64,000 nucleotides of DNA from IMG/VR virus record IMGVR_UViG_3300026549_000895, positions 160,001 through 224,000 of that record; one strand, given 5' to 3'. Shown here one piece after another: positions 51,378-60,351 of the stretch. Source of the stretch: a virus. Lineage: Duplodnaviria > Caudoviricetes. The notes below the pieces were generated by a model that was given only the letters and a program-made list of their open reading frames with translations, did no database searches and was not told the origin of the DNA. The number at the start of each line of letters is the position of its first letter. The first letter of the stretch is position 1. A program made the translations under genes and the position numbers.

Positions 51378-51515
51378 GTATATCAATCCTTTCATCAAAT
51401 AAATATAATGTTGTTATATCCGTGGCAGAACGCCACGGTAATCTTTTGATGCAATTACAAAGGTTATTTTTGCGTCTGAATAGATAGTACATTATACAGA
51501 AAGGAAGATTAAAAG

Positions 51516-53936
51516 ATGGCAACATCAAATGAAAAACAAGTACAACTCAAACGTGAAACGTTATTAAACGATGAAGCTGTACTTGAAGAAGTATTTCCAA
51601 AAACCATGACCGACGCTGTCATTGATACAAACAGTGGCCTCAAGTTGTCTGAAGTTATTGATACCATACTCACTGCAATAAATAATAAAGTGTCAAGAAA
51701 TGTTAACTCTGTCAATGGACGCTCGGGAGTTGTATTACTGGATGCTTCAGATGTGGGACTTGGAAACGTTGATAACGTTTCAACAGCGGACATCAAAGCA
51801 TGGATCATCAATTATGTAGCCGATCAATTTCATGGTAAACGATTGATACTTAAAGATTACTTTTCGGAGATTCAGCCACTCATCAATTCCAAAAATGATA
51901 AGTATGACGGTGTACCTTTCGTTTGTGAGCATTTAGATGAATCCAATCCCAATGACCAAACGATGGTAATTGGATGCATCTATAAAGAAAGTGACCGATT
52001 AGTTGAAGAACACAAAGCCTTTGATTTCGGAGGTGGTACTGGAGTAGGTCGTATAGAGTATGATCAGAATAATCAGCCGCTTGGCGAATACTTTAATATC
52101 TACAGCGGACCCAATCGAAATCAAGCTTTAGGACTTTATTCAACTGCCAAAGGAAATGGTAATACAACATCCGGTGAGTCATCAATGGTCATTGGTAGAT
52201 CAAATAGAATTGGATCAACGGGTGCAGCTACTTTTGTTTCCGGAACTCAAAACACCGTAAATGGATATGAATCAGGAATTGTTTTTGGATCAAACAACAC
52301 TGTTGCTGGCGGACATCAATCGATAATGGGTGGTTATGATAATGAAGATACCAGTAATGGTGACAATAATATCATATCTGGTACTTCGAATAAATTAATA
52401 CGAGTTAACCCTGAGAATGATCCTTCATCATGTAATATAATCACTGGAAAAAACAATATTTGTGATAGTGTAGATTTTTCAATCATATCTGGACAAAGAA
52501 ATGAAGTTAGGTCAAATGGATCCTCAGATGAACGGTTCGCAATATCATCATGCATAACAGGTGCCCATAATACAATTTTCCAATCATTCAATAATTTGGT
52601 TTCGGGTTATAAAAATGACATAGATACAAGCTCGGACGGTTTTGTGTGTGGTGATCTCAATAAATGTTCTGACTGTCAAATGAGTTACATTGGTGGAGAT
52701 CGCAATACAGCTCTTGATACAGATAAATCATTTGTTGGAGGAGAACAAACAGTTTCTACTGCTGTAAACAATGGCTTTGTATTAGGCTATAAAGTTGAAG
52801 GTCATGGAGACAATGTATTTATTATCGGAACATCTTCAAATGGTTTCAATCCAGAAACTCTCCCTGATGGTTCTGTCAGATACAATGGCATTGGAAATAT
52901 GACCGTTCGTGAAATGATCATTACTCACAAAGATACTCCGTTCTCAATCGCATATGGTGCAAATTCCTTTGTTGCAGGAAAAGATAATCTTGGTCTTGGC
53001 ACAGGTTCTTTTACAATCGGCGAAAAGAACATCAACCAATCAGAGACATCGTTTGTTTGTGGTAAGAATAACAGAACATATGATGCAGAAGGCATCGTAG
53101 TGATGGGTACTAACAATGACATTTGTGGCAAATGGTCGCAAGGAAGTGGTATTAGAAATTGTACTTCTGGACATGTTGCAACTGTATTGGGTGCGTTTAA
53201 TAATGCGGAGAATTATACAACAGCCGTTGGTATAGGTTCCTCTGCTGAATATGATTTTCCAAACAGCAAAGATGATAGTTATTCTGATCTCGATTTATAT
53301 TTCCCATCGGCAATAGATATTGAACATTCTGAAGCTCAAACTCCGCAGAGTTATATAATCAGAGAAGAAACTTATATCGAGCTTCCTCTTCCTCTAATAT
53401 TCAGCCCTATTCGGGTTAGAAACATGATTATCCGTATTGAATATGCAGGTAATGTGTGGGCACAAAATGCGTTGACCGAAAAATACATTGATCAAACTCA
53501 ATCATCAGAGTTTATGCTGTGGAAATATGACCGAAAAGTTTTGTATATTTCACGAAAAGCTCTGAACGAACAATTCGGATTTGTGCACTCTCATGAACAA
53601 AGTGCCGAAGATCTCGACTTGGAAGTTGTTGATTTGAGAGATGCAAACATATCAGTGCGCTTGACAGTTGATCCAAATCCTGCTGAGAAGATAGGTAGAC
53701 ATGCTTTCAAAGTTGGTAATGGTCCTTTTGCTGATGCAATATACCGTGATGCTGCTTGGAGAGCGAATGCTTTCGAAGTACACTGGGATGGTACAACATT
53801 AACGCAAAAGGATATTCAGCTCAGATATAAGGCTAATCCAAACACTTCGGATCCGCCTGTTAATATATCTTTTAAGAAAGTAATAGACGCACTTATATCA
53901 AGCGGAGCAATAAATCTTAATAATATTTTAGCTTAA
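51516..53936 (+). CDS. Tail fibre / receptor-binding protein with beta-roll repeats
   Basis: VNSVNGRSGVV.LDASDVGLGNVDN; many G..N repeats; FKVGNG..RANAF.V..DG. Confidence 0.75.
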   Translation: MATSNEKQVQLKRETLLNDEAVLEEVFPKTMTDAVIDTNSGLKLSEVIDTILTAINNKVSRNVNSVNGRSGVVLLDASDVGLGNVDNVSTADIKAWIINYVADQFHGKRLILKDYFSEIQPLINSKNDKYDGVPFVCEHLDESNPNDQTMVIGCIYKESDRLVEEHKAFDFGGGTGVGRIEYDQNNQPLGEYFNIYSGPNRNQALGLYSTAKGNGNTTSGESSMVIGRSNRIGSTGAATFVSGTQNTVNGYESGIVFGSNNTVAGGHQSIMGGYDNEDTSNGDNNIISGTSNKLIRVNPENDPSSCNIITGKNNICDSVDFSIISGQRNEVRSNGSSDERFAISSCITGAHNTIFQSFNNLVSGYKNDIDTSSDGFVCGDLNKCSDCQMSYIGGDRNTALDTDKSFVGGEQTVSTAVNNGFVLGYKVEGHGDNVFIIGTSSNGFNPETLPDGSVRYNGIGNMTVREMIITHKDTPFSIAYGANSFVAGKDNLGLGTGSFTIGEKNINQSETSFVCGKNNRTYDAEGIVVMGTNNDICGKWSQGSGIRNCTSGHVATVLGAFNNAENYTTAVGIGSSAEYDFPNSKDDSYSDLDLYFPSAIDIEHSEAQTPQSYIIREETYIELPLPLIFSPIRVRNMIIRIEYAGNVWAQNALTEKYIDQTQSSEFMLWKYDRKVLYISRKALNEQFGFVHSHEQSAEDLDLEVVDLRDANISVRLTVDPNPAEKIGRHAFKVGNGPFADAIYRDAAWRANAFEVHWDGTTLTQKDIQLRYKANPNTSDPPVNISFKKVIDALISSGAINLNNILA

Positions 53937-53954
53937 AAGGAGGAATAATTAATT

Positions 53955-55226
53955 ATGAAAATTAAAGATAATGCGTACGGTCTGCATGGACATGTACAGG
54001 TATTCGTCAGAAATAGGAAAACTGGCAAGAAGACATTGTGGAGTGAATCTGATAACGTGATTACAATTTCAGGTTATCAGAATATTCTTCTTCGTTCATT
54101 CGGTTTGAGATTGGACTCAATCCACAAGGCTCCATATATCGATGGTAACATTGGTAAAGATACAAATCTTATTACACCCGATCTGAATGATACTATGGGA
54201 ATCGGTGAAGTTCCTGCTAATTATACAACTATGAGTGAAGAGTTCTCTTCTTCTCATATCATTCAGGGGTTCATGGTTGGTAATGGCGGTGCTGGTGAGG
54301 ATAACATCACCACAAAGAATACCAATTATTCTTTCATCAATCTCAGACGTCCTATTCCATTCCGTCAGACAACTACAGTTCTTCCTTCAAGTGTCGCTGG
54401 TCAATATCTCGGTGTGTATAATAAGTCTACAGCTGAGGAAGAGATGGGATACGCTAAATCATACTTCATCAAGAAATTTGATGATACTCCTCACATCTAT
54501 CACACATGGTGGGAAGAAGGTCAGAAGTGGTCTTATGTAGATCCTATTTCTCAGGATAATCTTGGACCCAATCAGTCATCCGCTCCAAAGACAAACAGAA
54601 TTGCATCATATGTAGAATGTGAGATGTCAATCTCTCCTGAGGATTGTATTGACTATTTCTCCCATGCCGGTAGTACACAGACTCCGGTTATCAATGAAAT
54701 CGGTCTCGTTGCATTTGATGCAGAACCTGGTATGCGTTCTGTATTCGAGTCTGCTTACAGAAACTATATCAGAGAATTTATAGAAGTTCTGTATAGCAAA
54801 GATGAGTCTGCTGATACTCTTGAAAGACTTGTAGGAATAGCTCTTACAATCTATCAGATTCTCGTTAACAACGGGGAAGTTGATATCACATCATTTGGAA
54901 ATACTCATATCAATGCATTCGTTGATGTTATTTCCGAAATTCAGAGAATAGAAGATCCTTCTACAATCACTCATTCACAGCTCGTTGGTTGGATGGATGC
55001 TTTAAGTAGTTCTGAAAATATCAATGTAGAAGCATACTACAATCAGAACGGTACATATGTTTATGAGACTGATGAGTTCTTGAATTGTCTCCATGACAGT
55101 GTTTTTGATACACTGACAAATGATGAGGCTCAGAGAATTAAGCTCATTACATATTATACATTCAATTCAATCCCTCTCAGTGATGAAGTAGATATTCTCA
55201 TCAATTACAGAATCTACACAAACTGA
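53955..55226 (+). CDS. Baseplate/tail-fibre attachment structural protein
   Basis: LHGHVQV..DNVITISG, INEIGL and C-terminal YRIY patterns. Confidence 0.5.
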   Translation: MKIKDNAYGLHGHVQVFVRNRKTGKKTLWSESDNVITISGYQNILLRSFGLRLDSIHKAPYIDGNIGKDTNLITPDLNDTMGIGEVPANYTTMSEEFSSSHIIQGFMVGNGGAGEDNITTKNTNYSFINLRRPIPFRQTTTVLPSSVAGQYLGVYNKSTAEEEMGYAKSYFIKKFDDTPHIYHTWWEEGQKWSYVDPISQDNLGPNQSSAPKTNRIASYVECEMSISPEDCIDYFSHAGSTQTPVINEIGLVAFDAEPGMRSVFESAYRNYIREFIEVLYSKDESADTLERLVGIALTIYQILVNNGEVDITSFGNTHINAFVDVISEIQRIEDPSTITHSQLVGWMDALSSSENINVEAYYNQNGTYVYETDEFLNCLHDSVFDTLTNDEAQRIKLITYYTFNSIPLSDEVDILINYRIYTN

Positions 55227-55241
55227 TGACAGGAGGACACA

Positions 55242-55838
55242 ATGAAAGAAGAATGCAATGTTGGACTCGAAAATGAGAAGAACTATACGGAACTGCTGAA
55301 AACGTTAAACAACTCCAAACTCAATGAGCTTGGGGTTGCTATACGTACATATCGCAAGGGTATAAAGTGGAAGAGTGTTTCTTTCACAATACCAACAGCT
55401 CCAGTTCCTTCTCATAGACCTCGATTGTCAAATAACAGAATATATGTTCCTGGTGCTGCTAAGAATGCAACATTTTTCAATAGGTATGTATTACCGACTT
55501 TGCAAGGTTTGATGATATCAACTCCTTGCAAAGTTGATGCAAGATTTTACACAAAGACCCCTTCGTCCTTTAGCAAAATTCAAACGCTTTTAGCGGAGTT
55601 GGGTTTTATACGTCCATGGGGTAGAAACGGAGATGTTGATAATTTTTCTAAAACCGTACTGGATCAAATACAACCAAACGAGAAGAGAGGACATGTTGGA
55701 ATATTAAAAGATGATGCTCTCGTATTCGAAATGAATTCAAGAAAATTTTATTCAGTTACACCACGTACAGAAGTAACAATAACTTTCATGGATTCAATTC
55801 CTAAGCCCTTGTTACATATACTGAGACTTGACAAATAA
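55242..55838 (+). CDS. rusA: RusA-family Holliday junction resolvase
   Basis: PVPSHRPR, DVDNFSK..LD, DDALV. Confidence 0.85.
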   Translation: MKEECNVGLENEKNYTELLKTLNNSKLNELGVAIRTYRKGIKWKSVSFTIPTAPVPSHRPRLSNNRIYVPGAAKNATFFNRYVLPTLQGLMISTPCKVDARFYTKTPSSFSKIQTLLAELGFIRPWGRNGDVDNFSKTVLDQIQPNEKRGHVGILKDDALVFEMNSRKFYSVTPRTEVTITFMDSIPKPLLHILRLDK

Positions 55839-55898
55839 TGAGGAGAACACATTATTTATTAACCTAATCAAAATTAAATCGAAAGGAATGAAATTTCA

Positions 55899-57443
55899 AT
55901 GGCAAAAAAGGCATATGATAAGGATAAACTTTTTTCCATTCCGAGAACGCCGGAGGATAAAGAAGCCTTTAATAAAGAGCTTAAAGATTTCGAGAAAAAG
56001 TATGGCAAGGTACTTTCCACCGGTACTGAATTATTCGGTAAACTGAAATATGGTAAAAACAAATCAATTGTTCAGAATGCTAAAAAGAACATCTTCGAGT
56101 TCCCTGTGTTCGTAGCATCTTCTGTACCTCTCACTTATGCAACAGCAACAGCAACTCTTCTTGAACAGATGTATGCATCGTTTGTTCAGATGACTCTGTC
56201 TCAGACACCGGTTGTAGATGCAAAGGATATTGCAAGAGGAGAGAAGAGTGGATTGGATCCCTTCAGATATCTCAGATCTACTGATGTCAACGACTTCCTC
56301 GAAAGTTATGAACTTGAATTCCAGAAGGATTCTGTTCACAATATCATTGTAAATGAGCAGACCGGAAATACTTTTGATTTCCAGCTTGTTACATATTCTA
56401 ACAATGATGCTGAATTAATTCTCGAAGCAGTTGAGAATATGAATATTGATCATTATTCTCACTTCTTTACCGAAGCTGCTGGTGAACTGACCGAACAGGA
56501 AAAGAAAGATCTTGAGGCGGCTGATGCAGCGGCTGCTGCAGCCGGCGCGGAGTATGACAAGAAGAAAGAAGAACAATACAAAGATAATGAAGAAGAACGT
56601 AAACAGGCTAAGGCTGCATATGATAAACAGAAATCCCGTGATGATCATTTAAAGTTTTCAATGGATATGTCCAAGAATCTGTTTGATGTTCCTCCTAAGA
56701 TGCTTAAGGAAGGCGAAATCAATAAGCTGAATACTATGAAGCCTCTTATGATGGAAGCCCATTTTGGTGCTTACACACTAAACGACGATAAGGACATAAA
56801 ATCTATTGAACAGACTTCGATGATTATCGGTGTTCGTTCTTACTGCAGACTTGTTAACTCTGAAGATCTTCCGGAGATGGCAAGGTACTCTGATTCAAAG
56901 AACATTCTCATGAAGCGTGCTAAGTATCGTGCTGGCGAGATGAAGTATTGGTCTGACTTCAAGTTCGATATTAAGGGTAAGAAGAATGATGTTTATGAGA
57001 ACATTACTTCACCTGAAAAGAAATGGTATAAGAGACTCCATCAGCTTGCTCATATGAGAGATGATGCTATCGCTCCTCTCGTTGCAAAGAGTGGTGTATT
57101 GGGAGCACTCAATACTATTTCAAAGGCTTCCAATGGAATGATTCCGAACTGTTCTCTTGTTATCTCACAGGCTGATGTTGACTACATCAAGGCAGTTACT
57201 TCAAAGGATGGAAGAACTGGAATCAATCTTCTTAGTCCTTCCGCAGCAAGAAAGCTTTGTCGTGACATGTTCCTGATCTGTCTCGTTGTTATTGATCCTG
57301 ATAGAGAGTCGGTAAAGATGTTTATTCCTGATCTCAACTCTGATTGGGAAGTTCAGTCTATCGATGCAATCAATCGTCAGATTTCAACAATGAATGCTGC
57401 TGGTATCAAGTCCAACGAAATATTCAAGGCACTTGCACGCTAA
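55899..57443 (+). CDS. Putative virion (head) structural protein
   Basis: FLES, ILEA and FFTEAA sites; charged central linker. Confidence 0.5.
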   Translation: MAKKAYDKDKLFSIPRTPEDKEAFNKELKDFEKKYGKVLSTGTELFGKLKYGKNKSIVQNAKKNIFEFPVFVASSVPLTYATATATLLEQMYASFVQMTLSQTPVVDAKDIARGEKSGLDPFRYLRSTDVNDFLESYELEFQKDSVHNIIVNEQTGNTFDFQLVTYSNNDAELILEAVENMNIDHYSHFFTEAAGELTEQEKKDLEAADAAAAAAGAEYDKKKEEQYKDNEEERKQAKAAYDKQKSRDDHLKFSMDMSKNLFDVPPKMLKEGEINKLNTMKPLMMEAHFGAYTLNDDKDIKSIEQTSMIIGVRSYCRLVNSEDLPEMARYSDSKNILMKRAKYRAGEMKYWSDFKFDIKGKKNDVYENITSPEKKWYKRLHQLAHMRDDAIAPLVAKSGVLGALNTISKASNGMIPNCSLVISQADVDYIKAVTSKDGRTGINLLSPSAARKLCRDMFLICLVVIDPDRESVKMFIPDLNSDWEVQSIDAINRQISTMNAAGIKSNEIFKALAR

Positions 57444-57464
57444 ACAAAAGAGAGGTGATATTAA

Positions 57465-58457
57465 ATGGCTAAAAAGGTAACAGCTGATGCTGCAGAAAAA
57501 CAAATGATCGAACTCATGTTAGCATCTCTTGATAAGATATATTCTGATAAAACATCAGAAGAGTATAAGACAAAAGGAGATATAACAAAGCTTCGCATCT
57601 ATAAAGATCTTGACAGAATGATTACTGATCTCAAGACTCTTAAGAAGTTTCCTGGTCAGTATGCAAAGGATATTCGTACAACATTCGATGAGCTTCATCG
57701 TCCTATATGGAAATCAAATGTTGAGAAGTATATCAGACAGCCTAATGAGGAGAACGCTTTGTATACCGCTGTCTACACAGTCGGTGTTCGTGTAACTATC
57801 GATGAAGTTTCACGTATCTATTCTTCAACAAAAGCAACTGTTGATGGCGGTTTGGAATTCAATCCTGACAAGCTCATGAAGAGAAACGACCTTCGTCCTT
57901 TCTTCGCTAACTTCAACCGGTCTCTTGAGAAGTACATCGATGACTACATTAAGAAGCATGGTTCTGAAGTGACACAGGAAGCTCTTATTCCTGTGGCTGT
58001 GAAAAACTTCTTTTCAAAGACTCTTGGAAAATGGATCGGTCGTGAAATCATAACTAATACTATAGGCATTTTCAAGAGAGCTTTCCACAGTATCAGAAAT
58101 CTCAATCCTATGACACTTGCAAATGCTTTCCTCATTCGTAAGTATGAGAATATCGAGAATGCTTTCAATGCAACACTCGCAAACTATCAGGCTACCAAGG
58201 AAGCATATGAAGAGTATATGAGACTTCCTACAGCAAAAAGAAATCCTGCAGTAATTGCTAAGTATGAGAAGAACTTGAAGAATCTTCAGAACAGCATCGA
58301 CAACCAGTGGGCTAAGATTGAACATTTCAATCAGCGTGCTAAAGAAGATGCTGAAGAGAAAGCTGAGAATACAGAAGTTCCAGATGAAGCACCAAATCAA
58401 TCTTCTTCAAGCAATGACAATTCATCATCTTCCGATAATGATGGATTTGATTTCTAA
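57465..58457 (+). CDS. Putative virion (head) protein
   Basis: VTQEA site followed by an amphipathic helix and coiled coil. Confidence 0.5.
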   Translation: MAKKVTADAAEKQMIELMLASLDKIYSDKTSEEYKTKGDITKLRIYKDLDRMITDLKTLKKFPGQYAKDIRTTFDELHRPIWKSNVEKYIRQPNEENALYTAVYTVGVRVTIDEVSRIYSSTKATVDGGLEFNPDKLMKRNDLRPFFANFNRSLEKYIDDYIKKHGSEVTQEALIPVAVKNFFSKTLGKWIGREIITNTIGIFKRAFHSIRNLNPMTLANAFLIRKYENIENAFNATLANYQATKEAYEEYMRLPTAKRNPAVIAKYEKNLKNLQNSIDNQWAKIEHFNQRAKEDAEEKAENTEVPDEAPNQSSSSNDNSSSSDNDGFDF

Positions 58458-58476
58458 AAAAGAAATACATTATTTT

Positions 58477-58499
58477 ATCCCCCGGGTTACCCGGGGGAT
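58477..58499. terminator. GC hairpin (CCCCGG family)
   Basis: ATCCCCCGGG-TTA-CCCGGGGGAT. Confidence 0.7.
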
Positions 58500-58591
58500 T
58501 TGTAATGTATTTTTGGGAAAAACAATACACCCACATGACGCCTGATTCATGGGATGTATTGCTTTTGAAAGGAAAGCATAAAAATGCCTGT

Positions 58592-58715
58592 GGTAACGAT
58601 CGCCATACACAATGCTCGTTTACTCATTGCTGAACGGATTAGCAAAGGTTCATGTAAAAATGTCTTAAAACCATGAGCCTTCAATTCACCAATGGAACGA
58701 ATGGCGAAAGTTACC
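58592..58715. ncRNA. Candidate structured non-coding RNA abutting the tRNA 3' end
   Basis: Five nested complementary blocks: GGTAAC/GTTACC, CGCCAT/ATGGCG, TCGTT/AACGA, CATTGCTGAA/TTCACCAATG, AAGGTTCATG/CATGAGCCTT. Confidence 0.5.
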
Positions 58716-58717
58716 GT

Positions 58718-58792
58718 TGGTTGGGGCAATGGGATTCGAACCCATGATGACGGTGTCAAAGACCGCTACCTTCACCACTTGGTCATGCCCCA
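58718..58792 (-). tRNA. tRNA-Gln (anticodon UUG) with encoded CCA
   Basis: TGGGGCA..CCAAGTGGTGAAGG..GCGGT-CTTTGAC-ACCGT..ATGGGTTCGAATCCCAT-TGCCCCA-A-CCA cloverleaf. Confidence 0.95.
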
Positions 58793-59003
58793 ATAGGATA
58801 GCACCGACACGATTATTACCGTGCCGGTGCCGTTTAAGGTAGGAGGTTCATTCCCAGAGCATGAACTGGGTTATGAACATAATTTGAGAATCTATAAAAA
58901 GTCGATTCTCGTTAAATGAAATAATGTGATCGTAGAACACGTCCAAAATATAGGAAAGTATCATCATAAAAAGGAGACATTACAATGATACATACTTGTG
59001 TAA

Positions 59004-59183
59004 TTAAAAGAAGTTAAATAATGCATCGGTTATAAAACCAAATAGATTGAATTCTTCTCTAAAGTTACTTCGTTCTGTGTTATCATTTGAATCATATGAC
59101 TCAAAGAATGAATCATTCTTTTCCATCCATTCTTCGCCCATTGATTCTTTGAATATAGATTCATTTTCGTTAGATTGCTTCAT
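59004..59183 (-). CDS. 59-aa acidic/aromatic peptide (missed by the ORF track)
   Basis: RBS GAGAGG; MKQSNENESIFKESMGEEWMEKNDSFFESYDSNDNTERSNFREEFNLFGFITDALFNFF*. Confidence 0.5.
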   Translation of the reverse strand: MKQSNENESIFKESMGEEWMEKNDSFFESYDSNDNTERSNFREEFNLFGFITDALFNFF

Positions 59184-59279
59184 AGTTAAATACCTCTCTT
59201 ATGCATTGTTATTGTGGATACGATGCTCTCATATCCACAATAAAGATATACATATATAAAAGGAAATATTTTTCTATGA

Positions 59280-60332
59280 TTACAAAAGTTCGATGAGATT
59301 CAGACCTTTTACCGAAAGTTGAGATAGTGAATCTATATCATATTTATCAACCATCTTCTCTTGAACTTTGTGACGAAGTGATGGTGATACCAGATTCAAA
59401 TGAGATTGAATATCGATGAGTGTGAATGATTTCTTTATATAATCATGCATTGTAGGTGGAATAACTCTCAATACAGAATCAACTGATTTTGGATTGATTG
59501 GAATTTCCCTACGTTCAACTCCTCTAAGAATATCAGTAGATAACTTTGAGATTCCAGCATTTACAACTCCAATCAAACCACGATTGAAATCACCAATGAT
59601 TGCATTCAATACTGCATAGAATACTGAAGACTTACAGAACTCAGCCATTACCTCTTCATTGATATGAGTAATAGCTTGTGTTATCATTATTGGATCTGCA
59701 AGTTGCTGAATACCAGTATGAATGTATCGAGTATATATTACTTTCGTATCTGGCTCGAACATATACTGAGTATACAGAGGACTTCCAGAAACAATGATTC
59801 GTCGTCTGGGAGTCTCTGTAATTGAACGAATAATTTCAGGTACGATATATGCATCCATTCGTTGACAATGGATCAAATATGAGTTTGGAACAAAGTTGAG
59901 TATCTTTTCAATGATTTTCAAACATTCATTCCAGTAATAAGTTATCTGTTTATATCTATCTTCATTATATTTGTTTTGCCATGGTACCAGATATGTTTTC
60001 TGGATTTCTCTTTCTGGTGCACACATAAGTTCGAACTTATTGCATATCAGAAAGATTCTTGAATTCTCTCTACGACGCATATAGTTCTTCCAGTGCAATA
60101 ATGTAGTAAGGATAGTTTCAGCCATATCACTTTCTACACCTTCTGAGAATGGAAGTTCTGTCATGTATTTCTTACTACCTGCAGCGGCGGTAAACAATGT
60201 GTCCAAATCAATGAACACATCGAAACCTCCATTCCATTCATCAAGGAATTCTTCACCAAGTATAGCATTGATAGTTTTGTATTTAACTTTCAATGAACCT
60301 GATAATCTTCCCATTGAATATTTCATATCCAT
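59280..60332 (-). CDS. FEN/5'-3' exonuclease (T4 RNase H-like) fold protein, apparently degenerate
   Basis: VFIDLDT, RMDAYI, IIVSG...TQ and AIIGD..RG blocks in the order of the FEN motifs. Confidence 0.5.
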   Translation of the reverse strand: MDMKYSMGRLSGSLKVKYKTINAILGEEFLDEWNGGFDVFIDLDTLFTAAAGSKKYMTELPFSEGVESDMAETILTTLLHWKNYMRRRENSRIFLICNKFELMCAPEREIQKTYLVPWQNKYNEDRYKQITYYWNECLKIIEKILNFVPNSYLIHCQRMDAYIVPEIIRSITETPRRRIIVSGSPLYTQYMFEPDTKVIYTRYIHTGIQQLADPIMITQAITHINEEVMAEFCKSSVFYAVLNAIIGDFNRGLIGVVNAGISKLSTDILRGVERREIPINPKSVDSVLRVIPPTMHDYIKKSFTLIDIQSHLNLVSPSLRHKVQEKMVDKYDIDSLSQLSVKGLNLIELL

Positions 60333-60351
60333 AAATTATCACCTTCCTTGA

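Noticed and set aside
58547-58759. 70-aa ORF in the track
   Set aside because: Starts inside the tRNA gene and overlaps the structured non-coding element
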